Origin: Candidatus Acidiferrum sp.
GTDB taxonomy: Bacteria; Chloroflexota; Dormibacteria; Dormibacterales; Dormibacteraceae
DNA length: 64,000 nucleotides
NCBI GenBank assembly: GCA_035571315.1
Contig: DATMKM010000158.1
Coordinates: 20,182-84,181 of the forward strand
Direction: 5' to 3'
In this document: positions 1-8,833 of the stretch, piece by piece
How the letters are laid out: every line of letters begins with the position of its first letter
Position numbering within the stretch: the stretch's first letter is position 1
Notes under the pieces: model-generated
Seen by the model: only the letters and a program-made list of their open reading frames with translations
Told to the model about the DNA's origin: nothing
Database searches by the model: none
Translations under genes and position numbers: made by a program

Positions 1-823
1 CGAACTGCAGCGTCGAACCAACCGCGCCGACATATCTGCCAAGCAGCTCGACTCCCATATCGTGCAGCACTCGATAGTTGAGGTCGCGCCCCCCGTCATG
101 ACCTGTCGTCTGCGGGTTGCCGAGCAGCCTCGCCGCGGGCGAAGGGAGCTTGTCGGGGGTGCGGTCCATGAAGCCGGAGTCGACCATCCACCAGACGGCG
201 TCGTGACCCTCGAGGCGGCGTGGCACCCACACGCACCGACCGCAAGCGAGGAAAACCTCCCGGCCTGATTCATGAATCTCCTGCGCGAGCTGGCATCCGG
301 TCTGACCGCTCCCCACGACGAGAACCGCGGCTGGAGGTAGGGCCGCCGGGTTGGAGTATTCCTCGGCGAAGAGCTGAAGTACGTCTGCGGGGAGCAATTC
401 CGCCCCCGCCGGGTGATGAGGACGCTGGTAAGCGCCGGTCGCCACCACGACGCTCCGCGCCCTCAACGTGCCCGAGGCCAACGAAAGGAGAAACCCGTCG
501 CCGTCCTCTTCGAGCCCGACGACAGTCGTGTCTCCTTCAACCGGCGCGTCGAAAGAGTTCGCCCACGACTCGAAGTAATCGATCAGCTCCGCCAGGGGCA
601 TGAAGCCGTCTGGGTCCGGCCCCTCGTACTTGGCGCCCGGCAGATGCACGAACTCGTTTGGGGTGACCAGGCAGAACGAGTCCCAGCGCCGCGAGCGCCA
701 GGTCTCGGCGACGCTGCCGGATTCGAGCACTACGTGGTCGACCTTGGCCTGGGTCAGATACCAGCTCGTCGCAAGCCCGGCCTGCCCTCCTCCGATGACC
801 GCGACGTTGACCCTGCGCTCCAT
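1..823 (-). CDS. FAD/NAD(P)-binding oxidoreductase, flavin-monooxygenase-like; C-terminus lies outside the window
   Basis: Not in the ORF track because it runs off the left edge. Hand translation from ATG 823..821 gives MERRVNVAVIGGGQAGLATSWYL...RSVVVATGAYQRPHHP...AAVLVVGSGQTGCQLAQEIHESGREVFL. There are two GxGxxG Rossmann motifs, spaced as in class-B flavoprotein monooxygenase/CzcO-like proteins. Confidence 0.6.
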   Translation of the reverse strand, partial: MERRVNVAVIGGGQAGLATSWYLTQAKVDHVVLESGSVAETWRSRRWDSFCLVTPNEFVHLPGAKYEGPDPDGFMPLAELIDYFESWANSFDAPVEGDTTVVGLEEDGDGFLLSLASGTLRARSVVVATGAYQRPHHPAGAELLPADVLQLFAEEYSNPAALPPAAVLVVGSGQTGCQLAQEIHESGREVFLACGRCVWVPRRLEGHDAVWWMVDSGFMDRTPDKLPSPAARLLGNPQTTGHDGGRDLNYRVLHDMGVELLGRYVGAVGSTLQF

Positions 824-853
824 GACGGCGGCAATCGTAATGGGAGCTCGAGC

Positions 854-1093
854 CTACTCGACCAGGTCTCCCTCGGCCGGCTCGACCTTCACCCCTCGCG
901 ATTCGAGGTAGGCCACGCCGCGGTCAAGCTCATCCGCCTCTCCTGTGATCTCGAGCAGCACCCAGCCCTGGTCGCGGGTTACGTCAGCCCGCCGGATGTT
1001 GGTGACCAGCGAGAACTGCTTGCCGAGCTGGTAGATCACCGGCTCTTTGACCATGGCCGTACCGAAGATCAATTTCAGCCGCCTCCGCCCCAT
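854..1093 (-). CDS. NIL-domain-like small protein (MetN C-terminal-type ferredoxin fold)
   Basis: ORF 854..1186. Its 5' part overlaps the MoaD-like gene, so the start is taken at ATG 1093, 10 nt after the upstream stop. The 79-aa product is MGRRRLKLIFGTAMVKEPVIYQLGKQFSLVTNIRRADVTRDQGWVLLEITGEADELDRGVAYLESRGVKVE. Confidence 0.55.
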   Translation of the reverse strand: MGRRRLKLIFGTAMVKEPVIYQLGKQFSLVTNIRRADVTRDQGWVLLEITGEADELDRGVAYLESRGVKVEPAEGDLVE

Positions 1094-1103
1094 AGCGCGG
1101 AGT

Positions 1104-1388
1104 CTAAGCCTGCTCGCGACCTCCGGCCACAGCCGGCACGATCGAGATCTCGTCCTTCGCCTGGACCTTCGCCCCCAGACCAGCACCGAGCCGCACGTCC
1201 TCGTCGTTCAGGTACACGTTGACGAACTGGCGAAGCTCGCCCTTCTCGTCGAGCAGGCGATCCTTGAAGCCGGGATAGCGGGCGTCAAGCGCCTCGATGG
1301 CCGTCGCGAGATCGACAGCCTCTACATCGACTGTGGTCTGGCCGTCGGACAGGCGGCGCAGCGGACCTGGGATTCGAAACTGTGCCAT
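1104..1388 (-). CDS. MoaD/ThiS-family sulfur-carrier protein (CysO-like) with a 4-residue tail after the GG motif
   Basis: 94 aa. ...GELRQFVNVYLNDEDVR...DEISIVPAVAGG-REQA* is a beta-grasp sulfur-carrier signature ending in GG. The start ATG shares 1 nt with the ThrC-like stop (TAATG). Confidence 0.75.
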   Translation of the reverse strand: MAQFRIPGPLRRLSDGQTTVDVEAVDLATAIEALDARYPGFKDRLLDEKGELRQFVNVYLNDEDVRLGAGLGAKVQAKDEISIVPAVAGGREQA

Positions 1389-2626
1389 TAGATGTTCACC
1401 TTCTCGCGAAACGACTTTAACGTCGGTTCTATTTCCACGCGTCGTGAATGGCCGTTGGCCGAGGCGAGAACGTCAGCGGTTTTCAGGCCGTGCCCGGTGA
1501 CATAAGCAACCACCACCTCGTCGCCGTTCCACCGCCCGGCCCTCGCCAGCTTGGCCAGCACCCCGATCGTCACCCCACCCGCCGTCTCGGTGAAGATGCC
1601 CTCGGTGCGAGCCAGGAGCCGGATCCCGTCGACGATCTCCTCCTCCGACACCGCTTCGACCACCCCGCCTGTCTCCAGCGCGATGCGGTTGACGTACATG
1701 CCGTCAGAGGGGTTGCCGATCGCGATCGAGCGGGCGATCGTGTCGGGCTTGACGGGCAGCACCCGCTCGGGCGTGTCCGAAGTGAAGGCGTTGTAGACGG
1801 GCGCGCACCCGAGCGCCTGGGCGCCGGTGAACTTGGGGACACGGTCCTCGCGGACGAGACCAAACTCGACAAGCTCACGTGCGGCCTGACGGTGGCGCAC
1901 GAACTGGCAGCCGCTGCCGATCGGGACGATGATCTCGTCGGGCAGCTTCCAGCCGAGCTGCTCGGCCGTCTCGAAGGTCAGAGTTTTGGACCCTTCCGCG
2001 TAAAAGGGCCGGATGTTGATGTTGCAAAAGGCCCATGGCGTCGACTCGACGAGCTGGCTGCAGAGACGATTTACCTCATCGTAGTTCCCGCGCACCGCGA
2101 CCACATTGGGATCGAAGACGCCGATGCTCGCGACCTTCCCGGCCTCGAGATCGTCGGGGATGAAGACGAAGCACTCGAGTCCGGCGCGCACCGCGTACGC
2201 CGCCACCGCGTTCGCCAGGTTTCCCGTGGACGCGCAGGCAATCGTCTCGAAGCCGTGCGCCCGCGCCCAGCTGATCGCGACCGAAACCACGCGATCTTTG
2301 AACGAGTTGGTCGGGTTCATGCTGTCGTTCTTCAAGTAGAGGTTCCGCAGTCCGAGCTCGGCCCCGAGCCGATCAGCCTTCACGAGCGGGGTCATGCCTT
2401 CGCCTAGGGTGACGACAGGCACGGAATCCTCGATGGGCAGCAGATCGCGGTAGCGCCACATCGACTTGGGCCCTTGCTCGATCCGTTCCCGGCTGACGAT
2501 CTTCTTCAGCGCGGCCTGGTCATAGACCACGTCAAGCGGCCCAAAGCACATCTCGCAGACGTGAGTCGCCTGCAGCTCGTACTCGGTGCCGCACTCGCGA
2601 CAACGCATCCCAAGGAGCTTGGACAC
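1388..2626 (-). CDS. thrC: Threonine synthase-family PLP enzyme with an N-terminal Cys4 zinc ribbon
   Basis: 412 aa. N-terminus MRCRECGTEYELQATHVCEMCFGPLDVVYD. PLP-lysine region NPTNSFKDRVVSVAISWA and ...ACASTGNLANAVAAYA... match ThrC-fold enzymes. GTG start at 2626, or ATG at Met7. Confidence 0.8.
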   Translation of the reverse strand: MSKLLGMRCRECGTEYELQATHVCEMCFGPLDVVYDQAALKKIVSRERIEQGPKSMWRYRDLLPIEDSVPVVTLGEGMTPLVKADRLGAELGLRNLYLKNDSMNPTNSFKDRVVSVAISWARAHGFETIACASTGNLANAVAAYAVRAGLECFVFIPDDLEAGKVASIGVFDPNVVAVRGNYDEVNRLCSQLVESTPWAFCNINIRPFYAEGSKTLTFETAEQLGWKLPDEIIVPIGSGCQFVRHRQAARELVEFGLVREDRVPKFTGAQALGCAPVYNAFTSDTPERVLPVKPDTIARSIAIGNPSDGMYVNRIALETGGVVEAVSEEEIVDGIRLLARTEGIFTETAGGVTIGVLAKLARAGRWNGDEVVVAYVTGHGLKTADVLASANGHSRRVEIEPTLKSFREKVNI

Positions 2627-2725
2627 GACCTCAGTTTAGGACGGGGGCTTTGCACGGGCCGGATTTCAGCGCGTCTGGCGTCAACGCCTCCTTCAACTCA
2701 AGCATCCAGTTGCGCGCCGTTGGAA

Positions 2726-3466
2726 TCACCTCGCATCCCGCACCTCCAACCACCACTCCAACTCCTCACCTGGCCCCAACAAGGGCGCCGGTTCCCCCGA
2801 GTCCGGCCGGTCGCCACCGCCCGTCGCGGGCTCGATCGCGATCTGCCGGTACCCGCCCAGGTCCCCATTGCAAACCCAAACCCCCAGATAAGGAGCGGTC
2901 TCGACGTCCCACATCAGTTCGATCGCCGCACCGGAGCTCCACCCCAGCCTCGCACGATCGATTGAGCCCTTAGGCAGAAACAGTTTCTCGCTGGTCCCCT
3001 CAGCCAACTCAGCAAGGCGCGACCCACCCGGCACGCCGATTTTCATCCCGGTCTCGAACTTGAACAACGGGTGAGCGCACCAGTACGCGTAGTGCGGCGA
3101 GGTCCCGCGATTCGTATACGTGTACGAGAGCCGAAAGCGGTCCTGGTCCAGCTCGATCCGCCGACCGAGCTCCCACGGCACCACGCGCCCGGCGCAACGC
3201 ATGAACACCGAACTCCGCGTCACAGAAGCTACCTGCCACGGCAGCCGCCAGGCCTCCCCATGATCGGGCAGGTTCCCCGTCGCGGCCACGGTCGGCACCA
3301 TCTCGTCCCACCCAAAGGCCCCACCCGCCACGAAGCCCACAGCACCCGGATCGTCGATCCCGATCCCCTGCTCCAGCAGCTCCTCCCGGTCCAGGCGCAG
3401 CGAGGTGATCCGGCCCCCGCGCTCCGGCGTCACCTCCACCTCCCACGAACCACTTCTCAGCAGCAT
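2726..3466 (-). CDS. Aldose 1-epimerase/galactose-mutarotase-fold protein
   Basis: 246 aa. ...ERGGRITSLRL...GWDEMVPTV...DHGEAWRLPW...YAYWCAHPLFKF...RQIAIEPATG resembles the mutarotase superfamily pattern. Confidence 0.5.
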   Translation of the reverse strand: MLLRSGSWEVEVTPERGGRITSLRLDREELLEQGIGIDDPGAVGFVAGGAFGWDEMVPTVAATGNLPDHGEAWRLPWQVASVTRSSVFMRCAGRVVPWELGRRIELDQDRFRLSYTYTNRGTSPHYAYWCAHPLFKFETGMKIGVPGGSRLAELAEGTSEKLFLPKGSIDRARLGWSSGAAIELMWDVETAPYLGVWVCNGDLGGYRQIAIEPATGGGDRPDSGEPAPLLGPGEELEWWLEVRDAR

Positions 3467-3495
3467 TTAAGGGTCGGATCGTAGGCTCAGAGAGG

Positions 3496-4401
3496 ATGCG
3501 GTTGGTTGCTCTCGTCGTTTCCGCCTGCCTTCTCGCGGCCTGCGCACCGAAGTCGACGGCCCAGGCCACGCCAACGCGCAGCCCCACCCCCATCGCCGGC
3601 GCGCCCGACCCGACCCCAGACCCAACGCCGCCGGCGGCGCCTCCCCACGTTTTCCTGATCATCATGGAGAACCGCAGCTACAGCCAGGCGATCTCCAGCG
3701 CCTACGTGTCGAGCCTTGCCGCGCAGTACGCGATCGCCACCGACTACCACGGCGTGTCGCACCCAAGCCTCCCCAACTATCTCGCCCTCACCTCAGGCAG
3801 CACCTGGGGGATCGCCGACGACGGGTTCCACGCGCTGCCCGCCGGCGGCCTCGGCGCACAGCTGACCAACGCGGGGATCGACTGGCGCGCCTACATGGAG
3901 GGCATGACCAACGGCTGCTTTCACAGCCCCTACCCCTACGCGTTGAAGCACAACCCCTTCGCTTACTACGGCAGCGTGTGTCCGCCGCAGGTCGTGCCCT
4001 TCACGCAGTTCGCCTCTGACCTCTCGGGCAACACACCCCTGTTTTCCTGGATCACGCCGAACCTCTGCAACGACGGCCACAACTGCTCCAGCTCCGTCGC
4101 CGACGCCTGGCTTTCCAAGACGGTCACGGCGATCCTCAGCTCCAATGCATGGCAGGACGGCGGCATGCTCGTGATCACCTGGGATGAGGGCGAGGACAGC
4201 TCCAATTCGGTCCTGACGCTGATCATCCGGCCGAACCCGGTGAACCACCGCAGCGCGAAACCTTACGACCACTACTCGCTGCTCGCGACGATCGAGGACA
4301 CGCTTGGAGTCGGGCGGCTGGGCAAGGCCGCTCAGGCCACCCCGATGACCGACCTCATCGCAGTCGAGGCGGCGCCGAAGCTCCGAAACCAGACGGCTTA
4401 A
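3496..4401 (+). CDS. Secreted/lipoprotein phosphoesterase (AcpA/phospholipase C family)
   Basis: 301 aa. Lipobox LLAAC, Pro/Thr linker, then HVFLIIMENRSYSQ...SHPSLPNYLALTSG...KHNPFAYYG, typical of the PF04185-type phosphoesterase family. Confidence 0.65.
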   Translation: MRLVALVVSACLLAACAPKSTAQATPTRSPTPIAGAPDPTPDPTPPAAPPHVFLIIMENRSYSQAISSAYVSSLAAQYAIATDYHGVSHPSLPNYLALTSGSTWGIADDGFHALPAGGLGAQLTNAGIDWRAYMEGMTNGCFHSPYPYALKHNPFAYYGSVCPPQVVPFTQFASDLSGNTPLFSWITPNLCNDGHNCSSSVADAWLSKTVTAILSSNAWQDGGMLVITWDEGEDSSNSVLTLIIRPNPVNHRSAKPYDHYSLLATIEDTLGVGRLGKAAQATPMTDLIAVEAAPKLRNQTA

Positions 4402-5501
4402 CCGCCGATCGTCTGCTTCCAGTGCGTGATCGAGTCGAGGAACTCCATGTCGACCTCGACGCCCAGCCCCGGTCCTTTGGGCACGTCCAGCCGCCCGTCG
4501 CGCAGCTCGAACGGTGCGGTGATGTCGCGGTGATAGTAACGGTCCGACGCCGAGGTGTCGCCCGGTAATGTGAAGTTCGGCATCGCCGCCATCGCCACGT
4601 TGCCGGCCCGCCCGAGCCCCGTCTCGAGCATCCCTCCCATCCACACGGGCACCCCATGAGAGGCGCAGAGGTCGTGTATGCGGCGCGCCTCGAGGTATCC
4701 CCCGACGCGCCCCGGTTTGATGTTGATGATCCGGCAGGCGCCGAGCTCGATGGCGTCCGCCGCGGCCTGCGCCGACGTGATCGACTCGTCGAGGCAGATC
4801 GGCGTCCGCACCGACTTTGCGAGGGCAGCGTGCGCCATCACCTGGTCCTCGGGGAGCGGCTGCTCGATGAGCAGCAGGTCGAACGGATCCAGCAGCGCGA
4901 GCTGCTCGGCGTCAGACAGCGAATAGGCCGTGTTGGCGTCCACCTGCAGCGGCACCTTGCCGAATCGCTCGCGGACCGCCCGCACCGGCTCGAGGTCCCA
5001 GCCCGGCTTGATCTTGAGCTTGATCCGCCGGTAGCCGTGCTCGAGGTAGTCGCCCACCGTTTCCAGTAGCTCGGGGATCGTTTTGTGGATCCCCACCGAG
5101 ACGCCCGCGTCGACGGCCGGCCGCACCGCGCCGAAGTACGTGCCGAACGATTCACCCGATGCACGCAGCTGCGCGTCGAGAAGAGCCATCTCGATCGCGG
5201 CCTTCGCCATGTGATGCCCGTGCACCGGGCGCAGCACAGGCCCCACATCCTCGGCTCGGGTGCTCGACCGCGCGAGCAGCCGCGGAAGCAGGTGGTGGAT
5301 CAGCACGTGCTGGCAGCCGTCCACGTACTCGCTGGAATAGGTCGGCTCTTCACCGGCCACGCACTCGCCCCAACCTTCACCGTCGGAGGTGGTCGCTTTC
5401 AATAGCAGGATGTCCCGCTCGGTCTGCACGCCGAAGGATGTTTCGAAGGGCGCCACCAAAGACTGGCGGATGCGCCGCAGCTCGACCGAAAGGAGCTTCA
5501 C
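4398..5501 (-). CDS. Enolase-superfamily o-succinylbenzoate synthase / N-acylamino-acid racemase
   Basis: 367 aa. MKLLSVELRRIRQSLVAPFETSFGVQTERDILLLK...RIKLKIKPGWD...LLIEQPL...ICLDESI. No other men genes are nearby, so a racemase role is as likely as MenC. Confidence 0.8.
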   Translation of the reverse strand: MKLLSVELRRIRQSLVAPFETSFGVQTERDILLLKATTSDGEGWGECVAGEEPTYSSEYVDGCQHVLIHHLLPRLLARSSTRAEDVGPVLRPVHGHHMAKAAIEMALLDAQLRASGESFGTYFGAVRPAVDAGVSVGIHKTIPELLETVGDYLEHGYRRIKLKIKPGWDLEPVRAVRERFGKVPLQVDANTAYSLSDAEQLALLDPFDLLLIEQPLPEDQVMAHAALAKSVRTPICLDESITSAQAAADAIELGACRIINIKPGRVGGYLEARRIHDLCASHGVPVWMGGMLETGLGRAGNVAMAAMPNFTLPGDTSASDRYYHRDITAPFELRDGRLDVPKGPGLGVEVDMEFLDSITHWKQTIGG

Positions 5502-6397
5502 GCGCTAAGGCTATCGAGCCGCGCCGACTCGTCGTGCGAGAGCTCGAGGTCGCCGGCGGCGACGTTCTCCTCCAGTTGGTGAAGGCTCGAAGCGCCCGGG
5601 ATGGCCACGACGTTGGGCTTTCGGATCAGCCAGGCCAGGGAAACCTGCGCCGGTGTCGCGCTGTGGCGATCGCCGATCTCGCGCAGGGCGGCAATCAGCG
5701 GCGCCAGACGGGCTCGGTTGGCGGGGCTGAAGCTGCCCCGCCGGCGTCTTACCAGGTTGGTCGGCATCGCGTCCTCGTACTTGCCCGAGAGCAACCCCTG
5801 TCCGAGCGGGCTGTAGGCGATGATCACCCTTCCGTTCTGCTGAGCCCACGGCAACAGCTCGCGCTCCGGCCGCCGTTCGACGAGGTTGAAGAGGACCTGG
5901 TTGGAGAGCACTGGGCCGCCCAACGCTCGCTCCGCCTCTTGCCACTGCGCCAGGTTGTGGTTGCTGACGCCGACGTGCGCGACCAGGCCCTGGTCGACCA
6001 GCCGCCGCATGCGCGGCATGGTGGAGCGCGGTGGGAACAAGGGGCTTGGCCAGTGCAGCTGGTAGAGGTCGATCTTGTCGACCCCCAGCCGTCGAGCGCT
6101 GCCGCGCTCTCGCCAGGGGGTCATAAACGGCAACCCGATCGGGAAGATCTTCGTCGCCAGGAACACCTCGGCGCGCCGGCCCTGGATCGCGTGCCCCACG
6201 ATCCGCTCGGAGCGCCCGAACCCATAGAACTCGGCCGTGTCGATCAAGTTCACGCCCAGCTCGAGGGCTCGCCGCACGATCTTGCCGGCCTCGACCCGGT
6301 TGTACTCGGGACCATAGCCCCACTCCGTCGAGCCGAACTGCCAGGTGCCAAGCCCGATCGCTGACAGACGAACGCCACCCAGCTGAATGTATTTCAA
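5498..6397 (-). CDS. Aldo/keto reductase
   Basis: 299 aa. LGTWQFGSTEWGYG...LGVNLIDTAEFYGFGRSERIVG...IDLYQLHWP. 4-nt overlaps with both neighbours. Confidence 0.85.
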   Translation of the reverse strand: MKYIQLGGVRLSAIGLGTWQFGSTEWGYGPEYNRVEAGKIVRRALELGVNLIDTAEFYGFGRSERIVGHAIQGRRAEVFLATKIFPIGLPFMTPWRERGSARRLGVDKIDLYQLHWPSPLFPPRSTMPRMRRLVDQGLVAHVGVSNHNLAQWQEAERALGGPVLSNQVLFNLVERRPERELLPWAQQNGRVIIAYSPLGQGLLSGKYEDAMPTNLVRRRRGSFSPANRARLAPLIAALREIGDRHSATPAQVSLAWLIRKPNVVAIPGASSLHQLEENVAAGDLELSHDESARLDSLSA

Positions 6398-6984
6398 GAG
6401 GTCAACCTGTCAAACACCATCTGTGACCACGACTCCATCTCGAGGTAGTGGATCCGCATCTCGTCCACGGTGAGAAGCTCGCCGGCCAGCTTCGTCGTCT
6501 CGCGGATCGCGATGTGGGGCGAATTACCGTCGACGAGGAATACCACGCCCAGGTGCACCTTCGACACCGGCGCCGACTCGTCGTTGAGCAGGCCGATCAG
6601 GTGGGCATCGAACCGCCCGTCGTACACGACCTCCTCCGCCCACTCCCGCTTGAGGCCGTCGAGGATCGGGTCGCCCCCTTCGAGGTCTCCCGGGTTGATG
6701 TGGCCGCCGATGCCGAGCGAGTACTGCTTGCGCAGTCGCTTCTCGGAAGAGGCGCGCAGGCGATGTGTCAGAAAGTAGCGGCCGTCGTGCCGGAACACGA
6801 CGTACGGGATGATCTGCTGAAAGTTCGGATCGTCCTCGACCTCGGCGCGCGGCTTGAAGAAATGGCGCTCGCGAATCACCGCCTGGTGACGCTCCAGGTC
6901 CTGGCTCACGAACCCGTGCCACGCGCCGTCGGGAAAGATGTCCTCGCGCTTCACGCACAGCACCTGCTCCGAAGCCACGCTCAA
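6394..6984 (-). CDS. Nudix-hydrolase-like protein
   Basis: 196 aa. ...QIIPYVVFRHDGRYFLTHR...LGIGGHINPGDLEGGDPILDGLKREWAEEV is a Nudix-box-like G-x5-E-x7-RE-x2-EE pattern. Confidence 0.55.
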   Translation of the reverse strand: MSVASEQVLCVKREDIFPDGAWHGFVSQDLERHQAVIRERHFFKPRAEVEDDPNFQQIIPYVVFRHDGRYFLTHRLRASSEKRLRKQYSLGIGGHINPGDLEGGDPILDGLKREWAEEVVYDGRFDAHLIGLLNDESAPVSKVHLGVVFLVDGNSPHIAIRETTKLAGELLTVDEMRIHYLEMESWSQMVFDRLTS

Positions 6985-7631
6985 ACCATCCGGACCAGGC
7001 CGCGCCCGAACACGGCGATCAGCTCCGCTGTGCGATCGATGTCATCGTCGCCAACAGGGAGGAAGTAGACCCAGGCCGCTCGCTCGGTGTCGGTCGTGAT
7101 CATGGTCCGGACCGAATCGGCGCTCGGGTTGCCACATGGCCCTTGGGCGTCAGCCACGCAGATCCGTCCCGCCACGTTCACGTGCTCTTTTCCGATGCCC
7201 GTGTATCCCTCGCCCGCCACGCCGAGCCTGATCACGAGCTCGTCACCCTTGACCTTGTCGAGGTCGTAGAGGCCGACCGGCACCTGCAGCTGGACCGATA
7301 GAGCATTGGCCACATCGACCAGGGAGTTTATGCGGGGCAGCGGTTCGCCTTTCTTGAGGCGGCGCAGCAGCGCCTCCGACGAGGGGCGCACCCGCGTCGG
7401 GTCCAACCCGAAGTGACGGTACAACTCGCGGGCCCGACCGACCGCACCGACCTCGCCAGACTTCGCCACCTGCATGGTGCGCGCCACCTCGAGCTCGAAG
7501 TCATCGCGCGGCGCGGTCACCTCCAGCTCGTAGAGCTCGAGCACGTCCGGCTCGACGTCGATCTCGGCGCGGAACTTCAACACAGGTATTCGAGATGGTC
7601 GAAGAAATCCGGGTATGAGATCTCGACGCAT
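6981..7631 (-). CDS. Stand-alone B3/B4 (PheRS beta-subunit editing-domain-like) protein
   Basis: 216-aa ORF. ...SSEALLRRLKKGEPLPRINSLVDVANALSVQLQVPVGLYDLDKVKGDELVIRLGVAGEGYTGIG...VCVADAQGPCGNP matches the B3_4 domain pattern. The start is uncertain: GTG 7583 would reduce the overlap with aroA to 7 nt. Confidence 0.6.
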   Translation of the reverse strand: MRRDLIPGFLRPSRIPVLKFRAEIDVEPDVLELYELEVTAPRDDFELEVARTMQVAKSGEVGAVGRARELYRHFGLDPTRVRPSSEALLRRLKKGEPLPRINSLVDVANALSVQLQVPVGLYDLDKVKGDELVIRLGVAGEGYTGIGKEHVNVAGRICVADAQGPCGNPSADSVRTMITTDTERAAWVYFLPVGDDDIDRTAELIAVFGRGLVRMV

Positions 7632-8833
7632 TCCGCCCCGTCGATCTCCGTCCGCCCGTCCGCGATCAGGCCCGCCACCGCGAGCGCCATGGCAACGCGA
7701 TGGTCACCGTGCGAGCTGACCCGCGCGCCTTCGAGGTAGCGAGGCCCGTTGATGATCCAGCCGTCGTCGACTGCGGTGACGTCCGCGCCCATCGCGACGA
7801 GACCTTCCTCCATCGCCTCGATCCGGTTCGACTCCTTGACGCGCAGCTCCGCAGCCCCCGAGATGAGCGTTTGACCGGGAATCTGGGTGGCGGCCACCGC
7901 CAGCACGGGAAGCTCGTCGATCATCTCGGCCGCCATGTTCCCTTTGACCTGGATCGACCGCAGTTCAGCAGCCGCCGAGAACTCGAGATCCGCCACCGGT
8001 TCGCCGCCCGCGAAGCGCGGCCGTACGAACTTCACCTTGAAGCCAACGCCGAGCAACAGGTCGATGAAGGCGGTCCTGGTCGGATTGACGCCGACGCCTT
8101 CGAGCAGCACGCGCGAGCCGGGCATCAGGCCGGCCGCAACGAGCCAGAATGCGGCGGCGCTGATGTCACCGGGAATGTCGAGGTCCAGCGGCTCGAGCCG
8201 GGTCGCGGGCTCCATCCGCACGCGGAGCCCCTCGACGGCGACCGTCGCGCCCATCGCCTGGAGCATCAGCTCCGTATGGTCTCTCGTCTTCACCGGTTCT
8301 ACGACGGAGGTGGCGCCCTCGGCCAAGAGCGCGGCGAGGAGGATCGCCGACTTCACCTGCGCGCTCGGTATGGCCATCGTGTGATCGAAGCCGTGCAGCG
8401 GCGCCCGGCCTCCGACTCGTAGCGGCGGCCAGCTCGCGCGCGCCCCCATGTCGCGAAGGGGCGCGACGACTCTGTCCATCGGCCGGCGCGAAAGCGACTC
8501 GTCGCCGCTCAGCTCGCTCTCGAACTCCTGCGCGGCCAGCACGCCGGCGAGCAGGCGCATCGTCGTCCCGGAGTTGCCGCAGTCGAGCGCACCCTTTGCC
8601 CTGTGCAAGCCCTGAAGCCCGCGCCCATCGAGCATCACTCCATCGAGCTCGGTCCCCAGCTCCTGAACGCAACGCAGCGTCGACTGCACGTCAGCGCCGG
8701 GCGACAAGCCTCCCAGCCGGCTCCGGCCCGACGCGATCGATCCGAGGATCAGGGCGCGGTGCGAGATCGACTTGTCGCCCGGAACGCGAATCGCGCCATC
8801 GAGCTTGCGCGCCCGCCGAACGGTCGCGATCAT
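7577..8833 (-). CDS. aroA: 3-phosphoshikimate 1-carboxyvinyltransferase (EPSP synthase)
   Basis: Real start is ATG 8833 (MIATVRRARKLDGAIRVPGDKSISHRALILGSIASG...), in an ATGA overlap with the tyrA stop. The 170 Arg/Gly-rich residues upstream in ORF 7577..9343 are discarded. Confidence 0.9.
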   Translation of the reverse strand: MIATVRRARKLDGAIRVPGDKSISHRALILGSIASGRSRLGGLSPGADVQSTLRCVQELGTELDGVMLDGRGLQGLHRAKGALDCGNSGTTMRLLAGVLAAQEFESELSGDESLSRRPMDRVVAPLRDMGARASWPPLRVGGRAPLHGFDHTMAIPSAQVKSAILLAALLAEGATSVVEPVKTRDHTELMLQAMGATVAVEGLRVRMEPATRLEPLDLDIPGDISAAAFWLVAAGLMPGSRVLLEGVGVNPTRTAFIDLLLGVGFKVKFVRPRFAGGEPVADLEFSAAAELRSIQVKGNMAAEMIDELPVLAVAATQIPGQTLISGAAELRVKESNRIEAMEEGLVAMGADVTAVDDGWIINGPRYLEGARVSSHGDHRVAMALAVAGLIADGRTEIDGAECVEISYPDFFDHLEYLC

